64,000 bases of DNA, taken from Candidatus Multivorans sp. (GTDB lineage: Bacteria; Acidobacteriota; Thermoanaerobaculia; Multivoradales; Multivoraceae). Position numbers and translations under genes: made by a program. Numbering within the stretch: the stretch's first letter is position 1; each line of letters begins with the position of its first letter. Under the pieces are notes generated by a model. The model did no database searches. It was not told where the DNA came from and saw nothing but the letters and a program-made list of their open reading frames with translations. The stretch lies in NCBI GenBank assembly GCA_965224025.1, contig OZ245033.1:1184001-1248000 (forward strand). Direction: 5' to 3'. Shown piece after piece: positions 41,595-51,538 of this stretch.

Positions 41595-43529
41595 ATGCTC
41601 GACCTGACTCTGCCGGACGGATCGGTGCGCAGCGTGCCACCGGGGACGACCGCGCTGGAGGTGGCGCGCTCCATCGGACCCGGCCTGGCGAAGGCCGCCG
41701 CCGGCGCCGAACTCGACGGTCGCGTGCTCGACCTGCGCGCGCCGATCGAAGCCCCGGGCCGGCTGCGCCTGATCACGATCCAGAACGAGGAGGCGGGTCC
41801 CTTCCTGCGCCACACCGCTGAGCATGTGCTGGCGGACGCGGTACAGAGACTGTGGCCCGGCACGCAGATCGACGTCGGCCGCCGCGACCACTCGGAGAAG
41901 TACCAGTACGACTTCCGCTTTCCGCGCGCGTTCGTGCCCGAGGACCTGGAAGCAATCGAAGCGAAGATGCGGGAGATCCTGGCGGAGAAGCACGAGGTGG
42001 AGCGGGTCGAGATCTCTCGCCCGGAAGCGCGGGAGCTGTTCGGCGATCTGGGCGAGGAACTCAAGCTCGAGCGCCTCGAGGACATTCCCGAAGGCGAGCC
42101 GATCACCCTGTTCCGGCATGGGGACTTCGTGGACCTCTGCCGCGGCCCTCACGCGCAGCGCGTGGATCAGGTCGGGGCGGTCAAGCTGCTGGAGAGTTCG
42201 GGCGTGTTCTACCGCGGCGACGAGAGCCGTGAGCGGCTGCAGCGGATCTACGGCACCGCCTTCGCCAGCCAGGCGGCGCTCGACGGCTACCTCGCCGACC
42301 TCGAACTGCGGCGAGCCCGCGACCATCGGAGACTCGGGCCGGAACTCGACCTGTTCAGTTTCAACCAGAACGCTCCCGGCAGTCCCTTCTTCCATCCGCG
42401 CGGCACGGTGATCTACAACCTGTTGGTCGACTACGTGCAGGGACTCAACCGGCGCGACGGTTTCGAGGAGGTGCGGACGCCGCAGATTCTCGACGTCGAC
42501 CTCTGGCATCGCTCGGGGCACTGGGACAACTACCGCCAGAGCATGTTCTTCACCGAGGTCGACGAGCGGCAGTATGCGGTCAAGCCGATGAACTGCCCGA
42601 CCCACTGCCTGATCTACAAGACCGGCCTGCGGTCGTACCGCGATCTGCCGCTCCGCTACGCCGACTTCGGCCGCCTTCACCGCTACGAGCGGTCCAGCGC
42701 GATCACCGGCCTCACCCGTGTGCGCACGTTCTGTCAGGACGACGCGCACACCTTCTGCACCGAGGAGCAGGTCGAGGCGGAGGTGCTGCGCCCGGTGTCG
42801 ACGATCCTCGAGATCTACCGGACCTTCGGTTTCGACGACATCCTGATCGAGGTTTCGACCCGGCCCGAGAAATCTATCGGCAGCGCCGATCTCTGGGAAC
42901 GCGCCGAGGACTCGTTGATGAGTGTGCTTCGCAGCCGCGACCTCGAGTTCGAGATCAGCGAGGGCGACGGCGCGTTCTACGGCCCGAAGATCGACTTCCA
43001 GGCCCGCGACGCGCTCGGCCGGAGCTGGCAGTTGGGGACCGTGCAACTGGACTACCAGATGCCGGAGCGGCTGGACCTCGAATACACCGCCAGCGACGGC
43101 GGAACCCGGCGTCCGGTCATGCTGCACCGGGCCATGCTCGGCTCCGTCGAGCGCTTCCTGGGCATCCTGATCGAGCACTTCGGCGGCGCCTTCCCGGTCT
43201 GGCTGGCGCCGACACAGGCGGTCGTCCTGCCGGTATCCGACCGCTTTCTCGACTACGGCGCGGTAGTCACGAAGAAGCTGCGGGACGCCGGCGTCCGGGT
43301 CGAGCTCGACCGGCGCAACGAGAAGCTCGGCTACAAGATCCGCGACGCCCAGATCCGGAAGGTCCCCTACATGCTCGTCATCGGCGGCCGCGAGCAGGAG
43401 GCCGGCACCGTGTCGCTGCGGCTCCGCGAAGCGCCCGAGGGCGGCTCCGCGGATCAGGGCGCCGTCACGGTCGAGGATCTCGCGGCCCGGATCGCGGACC
43501 GAACGGCGTCGAAATCGCTGGATCTGTGA
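41595..43529 (+). CDS. thrS: Threonine--tRNA ligase
   Basis: TGS, DLCRGPH, RDHR, KPMNCP, GAFYGPKID, HRAMLGS.ERF. Confidence 0.97.
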   Translation: MLDLTLPDGSVRSVPPGTTALEVARSIGPGLAKAAAGAELDGRVLDLRAPIEAPGRLRLITIQNEEAGPFLRHTAEHVLADAVQRLWPGTQIDVGRRDHSEKYQYDFRFPRAFVPEDLEAIEAKMREILAEKHEVERVEISRPEARELFGDLGEELKLERLEDIPEGEPITLFRHGDFVDLCRGPHAQRVDQVGAVKLLESSGVFYRGDESRERLQRIYGTAFASQAALDGYLADLELRRARDHRRLGPELDLFSFNQNAPGSPFFHPRGTVIYNLLVDYVQGLNRRDGFEEVRTPQILDVDLWHRSGHWDNYRQSMFFTEVDERQYAVKPMNCPTHCLIYKTGLRSYRDLPLRYADFGRLHRYERSSAITGLTRVRTFCQDDAHTFCTEEQVEAEVLRPVSTILEIYRTFGFDDILIEVSTRPEKSIGSADLWERAEDSLMSVLRSRDLEFEISEGDGAFYGPKIDFQARDALGRSWQLGTVQLDYQMPERLDLEYTASDGGTRRPVMLHRAMLGSVERFLGILIEHFGGAFPVWLAPTQAVVLPVSDRFLDYGAVVTKKLRDAGVRVELDRRNEKLGYKIRDAQIRKVPYMLVIGGREQEAGTVSLRLREAPEGGSADQGAVTVEDLAARIADRTASKSLDL

Positions 43530-43554
43530 AGCTCAGGCTCGGACGGAGGACACG

Positions 43555-43704
43555 ATGCTGAGGGAACTTCATGTCGAGAACTTCAAGGCCTGGCGTGAAC
43601 TCTCGATGGAGTTCGGCAAGGTAACCGCTCTCTTCGGCGAGAACAGCGCCGGCAAGAGCAGCCTGATGCAATTTCTGTTGATGCTGAAGCAGACGAAGAA
43701 TGCG
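43555..43704 (+). pseudogene. ABC-type (AAA_15/AAA_21, DUF3696-like) ATPase, N-terminal stub
   Basis: MLRELHVENFKAW...LFGENSAGKSS Walker A, GGAGG RBS, cut by ISL3. Confidence 0.85.
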
Positions 43705-45202
43705 GGCTCTTTTGAATTGCGAGTGGGTCAAGCGGTGTGCGGGTTGAGCGTGTGGAAGTCGAGTTTGCCGGCGATGAGGAAGAAGGCGATGCGTATGGTG
43801 TCGAATCGCTTGTAGCCTCTGGCCTTGCGTTTGGCGGACTGGAAGAGTCCGTTGAGGGCTTCGAGGAAGCCGTTGGTCTGCCGGGTTCGCGCCCAGGCAG
43901 CGATCGCTTGCAGGTGCTTTCGGATGGTGCGGGCGACGGCCTTCATGGGTTCGACCTTGGAGCGGTTCACGTTGGTGCACCACTGATGGAGCATTCGCAG
44001 CACGACGTTGATCTGCTTGCGGTTGAGAATTTCGCGGAGTTGCTCCCGATAGAGCCAGGCGCGTGCGGTGCGTCGGCTGGCGACCCTCTTGACGAAGCGG
44101 TCGAGGTCGGCCCGTTGGGCCGGCGTCAGGGAGTCGCGGTTCTTGAGCAGCGTCCAGCGCAGGCCCTTCAGCGACGGATCGAGGCGCTGTTCGAGGCGCC
44201 GGGTCTCGTCCACCGCCTTCGAGGCCAGGGCCATGACGTGGAACTTGTCGAGGGTCACCTCGGCGTTGGGGAGATTCTCGGCGACGCCCTTGAGGAAGGC
44301 GGCCGACATGTCGATGGACGCCCGGCTGATCGCGGCGGGATCGCCGCCGCGCCTTTGCAGATCGTCGGCGAACTCCTCGATCGTGCCGGACTTGCGTCCC
44401 TCGGCGAGGAACACCACGCGCCGGCGCTCGCTGTCGGCGACCGCGGTCACGTAGTCGTGCCCCTTGGCGCGGGAAGTCTCGTCAATGGCCACGTGGCGCA
44501 GTTCGGAGAGGTCGTCCCGGTCGACCGCCAGCTCGACGTAGCGCTTGCAGATCGCGTGCACCCGATGCCACGACACCCCGGTCAACCGGGCCACCGCAGC
44601 GAAGGTCATGTCTCGGCACATGGCCAGAATCAAGGCTTCGAACAGCAGCGTGAAGCCGGACAATCTGCCCGACCAGGGCGGAGTCACCAACGCCACCCGC
44701 TGGTCGGGGAGTCGCACACGGGGCACTCGCGCCTCGAGCAGGCACTCGTGCTGGAAGAAGTTGAGGTGCCGATAGCGCTTGATCTGCGTGTCGTGCACCG
44801 GATGAGAACCGCCGTCCCCCTCGTGGGCGAATCGGCTGCCCTTCCTGAAGTCGATCCGTATCGTCAACCGACGCTCCCTCTCACAGAAGTCCACGCCGTC
44901 AACGAACCACGGCGCCGACACGCCCAGCGCTCTCGCGAACAATTCCCTCTGCATCTCTCGTCCTCCTTCAGTCGGAACAGGAGAGACGAGTCTTGCTCAT
45001 TCCGATCGCCCGCGACTACAGCCGCCACCCGAAATCGCCGCGAACGCCCTCCCCACCGGACAGCTTGCGCCCTCGCCGCTACCGGTCTTCCGCAGATTCC
45101 ACAGCCCGACGGCGGCGGCTACGGCGGCGGAGGCCGCTCTCCCAAGACCCCCTCAGCATCTGCACTCGCCCGCGCCCTACCCACTCGCAACTCGAAAGAG
45201 GC
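43705..45202 (-). mobile_element. ISL3-family insertion sequence
   Basis: 23-bp imperfect IRs (43705-43727 / 45180-45202, 20/23); no target duplication seen. Confidence 0.9.
43728..44954 (-). CDS. ISL3-family transposase
   Basis: RHLNFFQH, AIDETS, IDMSAAF, DKFHV, TNGFLEALN, KRKARGY. Confidence 0.95.
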   Translation of the reverse strand: MQRELFARALGVSAPWFVDGVDFCERERRLTIRIDFRKGSRFAHEGDGGSHPVHDTQIKRYRHLNFFQHECLLEARVPRVRLPDQRVALVTPPWSGRLSGFTLLFEALILAMCRDMTFAAVARLTGVSWHRVHAICKRYVELAVDRDDLSELRHVAIDETSRAKGHDYVTAVADSERRRVVFLAEGRKSGTIEEFADDLQRRGGDPAAISRASIDMSAAFLKGVAENLPNAEVTLDKFHVMALASKAVDETRRLEQRLDPSLKGLRWTLLKNRDSLTPAQRADLDRFVKRVASRRTARAWLYREQLREILNRKQINVVLRMLHQWCTNVNRSKVEPMKAVARTIRKHLQAIAAWARTRQTNGFLEALNGLFQSAKRKARGYKRFDTIRIAFFLIAGKLDFHTLNPHTA

Positions 45203-45269
45203 TGAAATGGCCGAAATCGCGGCGACTAGTCGGGCTGGGATTGAAAGACGGATGCGGGCGAACGGATGA
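45203..45269 (+). pseudogene. Probable C-terminal remnant of the disrupted ATPase
   Basis: EMAEIAATSRAGIERRMRANG* ends in ATGA overlap with next gene. Confidence 0.5.
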
Positions 45270-45736
45270 GTATCGTGCCGGGCGCCTCCTACATGGTGGA
45301 CACAAACGTCGCGAGGACCGCCAATGGGGACGCGACGCACGTCAACCTCGAGTGCCAGAAGGCGTGCGTGGACGCGCTTGAGTGCATCATTGAGTGTGGG
45401 GTCGTCGTCTTGGATGATGGACGCCTCATCCTTGACGAATACGTGAATGGGCTGGAGAGCGGCATCGGAATGGGTACTGCCTTCTTCAAGTACGTCTGCA
45501 CGAACGCGTGGGTCGAGGATCGAGTCAGGCGGGTGCCAGTGGATGTGGATGCTCTGCCTCCGAACACTCCCGGCAAGGACCAGAAGTTCCTAGCGGCTGC
45601 CGTGTCGGGGTGCGCCGAAGTTCTGAACGCCACGGACAGCGATTGGGCGGTGAACGCTGCGGTTACGGCGAGCTTGGGAGTAAGTGTCGTCCAGCTCTGC
45701 CCGCAGTACGCGGCCAAGTCGGACACAGGCGCATAG
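45266..45736 (+). CDS. PIN-like domain protein
   Basis: VDTNV, ILDEY, DQKFLAAA, ATDSDW acidic pattern. Confidence 0.7.
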   Translation: MSIVPGASYMVDTNVARTANGDATHVNLECQKACVDALECIIECGVVVLDDGRLILDEYVNGLESGIGMGTAFFKYVCTNAWVEDRVRRVPVDVDALPPNTPGKDQKFLAAAVSGCAEVLNATDSDWAVNAAVTASLGVSVVQLCPQYAAKSDTGA

Positions 45737-45742
45737 GCCGAC

Positions 45743-46408
45743 GTGGTGGTCGACACTCCGCCGAAGTACCCGCGAACCCCGTGCTGGCCGCACTCCCCAT
45801 CTGTTGAGGCCGATAGCAACCGCTTGGCGGACGCCTCCCGCTTCGTTGGCGTGCCAGTGGTCATCACGGAGAAGCTCGATGGTGGTTGCACCCTGCTCCA
45901 TCAGGGCGCCGTCTACGCCCGCAGCGTGGACGTACCGAGCGGCGCGAAGTGGATGGCAATGGTCAAGAAGCACCACGCCTGGAAGGTGATCGAGCCCGAC
46001 GTCTTCCTCTACGGTGAGGACATCTACGGAGTCCACAGCATCGAGTACGAGCCAGTGCGGGAGGACGAGACGTTCTACGCCTTTGCATTGCGCGACAACA
46101 ACGATCGCTTCTCGTCCTTCGGAGCTCTCGTCGACTACGCTTCGCAGCGCGACATTCCGGTGGTGCCGGTGCTCTTCGATGGCGTCTTCCAGTCGGAGAA
46201 CGCGCTCCGCAGTTTCGTCGAGGAGGCCCATGCCGAACCCTCGGTCCTCGGTGGGGAACGAGAAGGTGTCGTTATCCGCTTGGCACGCTCGTTCCCGGCC
46301 TCCACGTTCAGCCGCTCCGTCTGCAAGAGTGTCCGCGCGGGTCATGTACAGACCGACCAGCACTGGACGCGGAACTGGAAACCCTGCCGTACAACCCGCG
46401 TGGGTTGA
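45743..46408 (+). CDS. RNA ligase (Rnl2-like nucleotidyltransferase)
   Basis: KYPRT, TEKLDG (motif I), LYGE, FYAFA, VPVL, EGVVIR, K.VR..HVQT. Confidence 0.88.
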   Translation: MVVDTPPKYPRTPCWPHSPSVEADSNRLADASRFVGVPVVITEKLDGGCTLLHQGAVYARSVDVPSGAKWMAMVKKHHAWKVIEPDVFLYGEDIYGVHSIEYEPVREDETFYAFALRDNNDRFSSFGALVDYASQRDIPVVPVLFDGVFQSENALRSFVEEAHAEPSVLGGEREGVVIRLARSFPASTFSRSVCKSVRAGHVQTDQHWTRNWKPCRTTRVG

Positions 46409-46433
46409 GACTCTTGGGGACAGGGGGTCAAAG

Positions 46434-46502
46434 GTCGCCGCTTCGCGGCGCGCTTCCTGGCCGCCTGCGGCGGCAGCGGACCAGAGGGTCCGCGCACTCA
46501 GA
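46434..46502 (-). repeat. REP-like element (reverse orientation)
   Basis: Reverse complement TCTGAGTGCGCGGACCCTCTGGTCCGC...GCCGCGAAGCGGCGAC matches the 9455 and 11449 copies. Confidence 0.7.
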
Positions 46503-46716
46503 GAACGGTCGTCGTGGTTCTGTAGTTCTGTACTGCGGTGGGCAGGCCCGACGCCGTCCAGGCGGCCCCGGCCGACGCCATTCCGCCGCGTTCCGCCACT
46601 CCGCTCTGCAGCCGCTCCGCTCCGATGCCGCGTTCCGGCTACTAGCCGCGCGCGGCGTTTCCGGTTAGTATCCGTCGTTCGGCGGCTCTCCTGGGGCCCC
46701 GCGAGGAGGCTCAAGG

Positions 46717-46911
46717 ATGCCCAAGCAGAAAACCCACCGTGGAGCGGCCAAGCGCTTCAAGCTCACCGCCAAGGGCAAGGTGAAGCGCAGGCACTCGATG
46801 ACGAACCACATCCTGACCAAGAAGTCGCGGAAGCGGAAGCGGAAGCTGCGCAAGCAAGGCGATGTCGCCGGCGCTTTCGCCAAGGCGGTCAAGGGGATGC
46901 TTCACGGATGA
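46717..46911 (+). CDS. rpmI: 50S ribosomal protein L35
   Basis: [21 protein letters not shown]. Confidence 0.97.
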   Translation: MPKQKTHRGAAKRFKLTAKGKVKRRHSMTNHILTKKSRKRKRKLRKQGDVAGAFAKAVKGMLHG

Positions 46912-46951
46912 TCCGGTGGCTCCGGGTTGAGGAGCCACGGGGGCAGGAACG

Positions 46952-47341
46952 ATGGCACGAGTAAAACGCGGCAGCCGGCGCGCTCGCCGGCGCAAGAAGA
47001 TTCTCAAACAGGCCAAGGGATACTACGGCGTCAAATCGAAGGGGCACCGCATCGCCAAGCAGGCGGTGGACCGGGCGCTCGCGTACTCCTATCGCGACCG
47101 CCGCCAGAAGAAGCGGCAGTTCCGCAGCCTCTGGATCGTGCGGATCAACGCTGCCGCGCGCCTCAACGGCCTCTCCTACAGCCGCTTCATGTCCGGCCTG
47201 CGGCTCGCCGGCGTCGAGCTGAACCGGAAGATGCTCGCCGATCTCGCGGTGCGCGACGCCGAGGGCTTCGCGGCCGTGGCGTCCGCGGCCCGGGGCGCCC
47301 TCGCCGCCGGCTCGGCCGGGACCTCCGCCTCCTCGTCCTGA
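46952..47341 (+). CDS. rplT: 50S ribosomal protein L20
   Basis: [31 protein letters not shown]. Confidence 0.97.
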   Translation: MARVKRGSRRARRRKKILKQAKGYYGVKSKGHRIAKQAVDRALAYSYRDRRQKKRQFRSLWIVRINAAARLNGLSYSRFMSGLRLAGVELNRKMLADLAVRDAEGFAAVASAARGALAAGSAGTSASSS

Positions 47342-47556
47342 TGGCCGGGGACTCCGCCTTTGCAATCGCGCGTCTGGAGGAAGTGGTCGAGCGGGCCAAG
47401 GAGGCTCTGGCTGCAGAGCGGGAACGGACGCGTGAACTGACCGCCGAACTCGAAGCCGCGGAGCACCGGGCCGCCGAGGAGCGCGCCGAGATTGGCCAGC
47501 GCGTCGAGGCGCTTGCCGAAGGTCTCGAAGAGCTGCTCGGCAGCGACGATTCCTGA
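47341..47556 (+). CDS. ZapB-like coiled-coil protein
   Basis: 71-aa coiled coil upstream of zapA; TGATG overlap with rplT. Confidence 0.6.
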   Translation: MAGDSAFAIARLEEVVERAKEALAAERERTRELTAELEAAEHRAAEERAEIGQRVEALAEGLEELLGSDDS

Positions 47557-47665
47557 AGCCGCAAAGGCTCGACAGGACATTCGGCGGCTCTCTCGTCGTG
47601 CGCTCGGAGGCGCCGGTGGGGGTGCGAGCGGGTGCTATAGTGCCGATCTTTCAGGGTATCGAGCA

Positions 47666-47995
47666 ATGGCCGAAAGCGAACGCCAAGAAGATGTTGCGGC
47701 CACCGTGGTGGTCGAGATCTTCGGCGTCTCGTACACCCTCCGAGAGGACGGAGCGACCAATGCGGAGCGCATTCGGGAGCTTGCCCAGCGGGTCGACCGC
47801 AAGATGCGGGAGGTGGCCGCTCACTCGCCCAATCTGGATGCGTGCAAGATCGCCATTCTCGCGGCCCTGAATCTCGTCAACGAGTCGTCTTCTTCGTCCG
47901 AGGACGCCGAGGAGGCGGAGGACGGCCGGTTCGTGGAGATGGTTGAGCGCGTGTCCAGCCTGACCTCCGAACTGGAGGCGGCGCTTGATTCCTGA
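47666..47995 (+). CDS. zapA: Cell division protein ZapA
   Basis: VEIFGVSYTL, VDRKMREV, KIAILAALN. Confidence 0.88.
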   Translation: MAESERQEDVAATVVVEIFGVSYTLREDGATNAERIRELAQRVDRKMREVAAHSPNLDACKIAILAALNLVNESSSSSEDAEEAEDGRFVEMVERVSSLTSELEAALDS

Positions 47996-48073
47996 CTTGC
48001 ATGGAGCCCTGTTTCCTGTGCGTCAGCGCGGCGCGGACGCCGCGACTCGACTACTGGAAGAATCTTTGACTTT

Positions 48074-48261
48074 GCATCCCCTGCGCGGTTCGTGATGAAA
48101 GCCGTGGTTGGAACCATCGCTCTTTTTGAGGGAGTCTTTGAACTGCTCGCCCGTGCCAGCCCCGCTCGAACGGGGACGCTGACGGCGAGTGGTGCGGACA
48201 CCCACCTGGTCCCGCTCTGGTTCTGTGTCGGGGCGCGTTCACACGGCCTCGCGGGGGATGC
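48074..48261 (+). ncRNA. ssrS: 6S RNA
   Basis: Closing stem GCATCCCCTGCG/CGCGGGGGATGC, ~188 nt, canonical position between zapA and rny. Confidence 0.8.
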
Positions 48262-48284
48262 CCTTCTGCCCGGATCGAGGGCTG

Positions 48285-49853
48285 ATGACCGAAACTACTC
48301 TCATTGCCGTCGCGGTCGCGGCGGTTGCTCTTGTCGCAGCCTGGCTGCTTTGGAGCCTTGTCGGCCGGCGTAGGGCGGCGAAGCTGATTTCGGAGGCCCG
48401 CCGCCGGGCGGACGGCCTGATCGAAGAAACCGAGCGCGAGTGTGCCGCCAAGGGGCGCGAACTGGAACTCGCGGCGAAGGAGGAGGGCCTTTCGCTGCGT
48501 TCCGAGTTCGAGCGTTCGTCGGTGGAGCAGAGGAGGAAGCTTGAGGCGCGCGAACGGGAGGTCGGGGAGCGGTGCGCCCGGGCACGCGAAGAGACGGCCC
48601 GGTTGGAGCGTCTCGGCGAGGAACTGGAGCAGCGGCAACGGTCGGTCGCGGACGTTGAGCGGCGACTCGATACCGAGCGTTCCGAACTCGCCGAGGGGCT
48701 AGGGAACGTCCGGCGTCAACTCGAGCGGGTTTCGGGCCTCACCGTTCAGCAGGCGCGAGAGGAACTGAGCCACAGCCTGGAGCACGAGGTGCGCATGGAG
48801 TCGGCGCACCTCGCCAAGCGGATCGAGGACGAAGCCCGCGAGTCGGCGCAGCGTGAAGCTCAGCGGATCGTCAGTCTGGCCATCGAACGCTCGGCTTCGG
48901 ACTACGTCTCGGAGACGACCGTGTCGGTGGTCATGTTGCCGAACGACGAGATGAAGGGGCGGATCATCGGGCGTGAGGGACGGAACATCCGGACCCTGGA
49001 GTTGACCACGGGCGTGGACCTGATCGTCGACGACACGCCGGAGGCGGTGATTCTCTCCGGCTTCGACCCCTTCAGACGGGAGATCGCGCGGGTCACCCTG
49101 GAGCGCCTGATCGCCGACGGCCGCATCCACCCGGCTCGGATCGAGGAGGTCGCGGCCAAGGTCGAGTCCGAGTTCGAGGACCGCGTAGAGCGCGAGGGTC
49201 GCGAGGCCTTGCTGGAACTGAACCTGTCGGGACTCCACCCGGAACTGGTCAAGCTGCTCGGACGCCTGCGCTTCCGGACTTCGTACGGCCAGAACGTCCT
49301 GCAGCACAGCAAGGAGGTCGCCTTCCTGGCCGGCATCATGGCGGGCGAGTTGAAGGCGGACGTTCATGTCGCCAAGCGGGCCGGGCTGGTCCACGACATC
49401 GGCAAGGCCGTGGACAGCGAGATCGACGGCACCCACCTGGAGATCGGCATCGACCTGCTCCGCCGGCATGGCGAGAGCGAGGATGTGGTCCACGCCATGG
49501 CGTGTCATCACGGGGACTACGACCCGGAGACGGTCGAAGCGGTGCTGGTGACGGCGGCCGACGCCGTGTCCGCGGCGCGTCCGGGAGCGCGGCGGGAGAT
49601 TCTCGAGAGCTACGTGAAGCGGCTGAAGAAGCTGGAGGAGCTTGCGGCCGACTTCAAGGGCGTTCAGAAGAGCTATGCGATCCAGGCCGGTCGCGAAGTC
49701 CGCGTGATCGTCGACTGCAAGGAGATCAGCGACGAGCAGGCAGTCTGGCTGGGCCGCGACGTGGCGCGGAAGATCGAAGGCGAGCTCACCTATCCGGGCC
49801 AGATCAAGGTCACGGTGATCCGGGAGTCGCGTTCGATCGAGTACGCCCGCTGA
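48285..49853 (+). CDS. rny: Ribonuclease Y
   Basis: TM, coiled coil, KH (KGRIIGREGRNIR), HD (LVHDIGK). Confidence 0.96.
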   Translation: MTETTLIAVAVAAVALVAAWLLWSLVGRRRAAKLISEARRRADGLIEETERECAAKGRELELAAKEEGLSLRSEFERSSVEQRRKLEAREREVGERCARAREETARLERLGEELEQRQRSVADVERRLDTERSELAEGLGNVRRQLERVSGLTVQQAREELSHSLEHEVRMESAHLAKRIEDEARESAQREAQRIVSLAIERSASDYVSETTVSVVMLPNDEMKGRIIGREGRNIRTLELTTGVDLIVDDTPEAVILSGFDPFRREIARVTLERLIADGRIHPARIEEVAAKVESEFEDRVEREGREALLELNLSGLHPELVKLLGRLRFRTSYGQNVLQHSKEVAFLAGIMAGELKADVHVAKRAGLVHDIGKAVDSEIDGTHLEIGIDLLRRHGESEDVVHAMACHHGDYDPETVEAVLVTAADAVSAARPGARREILESYVKRLKKLEELAADFKGVQKSYAIQAGREVRVIVDCKEISDEQAVWLGRDVARKIEGELTYPGQIKVTVIRESRSIEYAR

Positions 49854-50644
49854 TGGCCCGTTTCCTCTTCGTCGGCGATGTGGTGGGCAAGCCTGGGCGC
49901 CGCGCCCTGTCCAGCCTGCTACCGGAGTTGATCGACCGTCACCGCGTCGACGCTGTGATCGTCAACGTCGAGAACGCCGCCGGCGGCAGGGGCGTGACAC
50001 CGGCGGTGCTGGGGCAGCTCGCGGCGTTGCCGATCGACTGCATGACCACCGGCAATCACGCTTGGTCGAAGCGGGAGGGCGTGCCGCTCTTCGACCGGAT
50101 ACCCATTCTGCTGCGGCCCGCGAACTACCCGGAGGGCAATCCCGGAGTCGGGATCTTCGTCGGCGAACTGCCGGTGGGGACGCGGTACGCGGTGGTCAAT
50201 CTGGAAGGGCAGGCGTTCATGAAGCCGCTGCCTTCGCCCTTTGCGGCCGCCGACCGGATCCTCGCCGGCCTCGATCCGGCGATCAAGCTGGTGCTCGTCG
50301 ACTTCCACGCCGAAGCCACCAGCGAGAAGCAGGCGATGGCCTACCACCTCGACGGCCGGGTGAGTGCGGTGCTCGGCACCCACACCCACGTGCCGACCGC
50401 CGACGCCCGCATCCTTCCACAGGGCACAGCCCTGATCACCGACGTCGGCATGACCGGCCCGTACGACTCGGTGATCGGCGTGCGCGCCGACAGGGCGCTG
50501 AAGCGCTTCCTTCTCAATACGCCGTCCGGCTTTGACGTCGCCAAGCGCGACGTGCGGCTCGCCGCCGTCCTGGTCGACGCCGACGAGACGACGGGATGGG
50601 CGACGAAGATCGAGCCGATGCTGGTCAGCGTGGACTCGCGCTAG
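49853..50644 (+). CDS. YmdB/TIGR00282 metallophosphoesterase
   Basis: GDVVGKPGR, DFHAEATSEK, GTHTHV. Confidence 0.93.
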   Translation: MARFLFVGDVVGKPGRRALSSLLPELIDRHRVDAVIVNVENAAGGRGVTPAVLGQLAALPIDCMTTGNHAWSKREGVPLFDRIPILLRPANYPEGNPGVGIFVGELPVGTRYAVVNLEGQAFMKPLPSPFAAADRILAGLDPAIKLVLVDFHAEATSEKQAMAYHLDGRVSAVLGTHTHVPTADARILPQGTALITDVGMTGPYDSVIGVRADRALKRFLLNTPSGFDVAKRDVRLAAVLVDADETTGWATKIEPMLVSVDSR

Positions 50645-51522
50645 TTGGCTGTGCCGGTCTCCAACTCGGTCAGGCCGCGCCATGTGTTCTTGCTGTCGTC
50701 GAAGGACGGCAGGGGCGGCTCGATGCCGCGCTGGTGGTTCACGTGCCAGGACCAGACGTAGGACCACTTGAGGTAGGTGCCGTAGGCCTGGAGCAGACAG
50801 AACACCAGGCCCCGCATGCCGTCGAACGCGCCGAGTTGGAGGCCGTAGGTCCTTAGGAAACGCCACAGCGAGCGGCCGAGGACTTCCGCCGGTCCCGACC
50901 GGCGGCCCTCCCGCCAGGCTTGGGCGGCACCCCACCAACTGTAGCGCTGGATGCGGCGGGAGTAGGCGAGCAGGTCGTCGACCATGAAGTGCTCCATGGG
51001 ATTCCGGAGAACCGGTGCGGGACCGCGGGTCCACATGTCGGCGTGAACGCGCCGGTTCGGGTAGCGGCCCGCGTCGCGGCGCAGCAGCCGGACAACGCGG
51101 TCGTGCTGCCAGCCGGAGAAGCGGATCACTTTGCCGAGGAAGTAGACCCGGCGCTTGATCGTGTAGGCGTCGTGAACCGGCTCGCCGTCCTGGAACATCG
51201 TCTCGATTTCGCGGCGGAGTGCCGGAGTGCAGCGTTCGTCGGCATCGAGAATGAGGACCCACTCGTTCCGGGTCTGGTCCATGGCCCAGTTCTTCTGGGA
51301 CGCCGAGCCGTAGTAGGTGCGCTGCACGAAGCGGGCACGCTCGCATGCCCGCACGATCTCGGGAGTGCGGTCCGTGGAGAAGGAGTCGACGACGAGGACC
51401 TCGTCGCACCAGTCGAGGGACGCCAGGCACTCCCCGATGTGGCGCTCCTCGTTGAAGGTCGTCACCAACGCCGAAATGGGCGGCCGCTGCGCGTCTGCCG
51501 GCGTTTCGTCCACGTGACGCAT
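50641..51522 (-). CDS. Glycosyltransferase family 2
   Basis: TFNEE, VVDSFSTD, ILDADE. Confidence 0.9.
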   Translation of the reverse strand: MRHVDETPADAQRPPISALVTTFNEERHIGECLASLDWCDEVLVVDSFSTDRTPEIVRACERARFVQRTYYGSASQKNWAMDQTRNEWVLILDADERCTPALRREIETMFQDGEPVHDAYTIKRRVYFLGKVIRFSGWQHDRVVRLLRRDAGRYPNRRVHADMWTRGPAPVLRNPMEHFMVDDLLAYSRRIQRYSWWGAAQAWREGRRSGPAEVLGRSLWRFLRTYGLQLGAFDGMRGLVFCLLQAYGTYLKWSYVWSWHVNHQRGIEPPLPSFDDSKNTWRGLTELETGTAN

Positions 51523-51538
51523 TGTATGCTGGCTCGCC

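Noticed and set aside
43555-43815. Intact 86-aa protein
   Set aside because: Its C-terminal part is read from the ISL3 end; it is an ATPase stub
46678-47592. 13-bp direct repeat TTCGGCGGCTCTC flanking rpmI-rplT-zapB
   Set aside because: Short and GC-rich, flanks core genes, no mobility evidence; may be chance or a promoter motif
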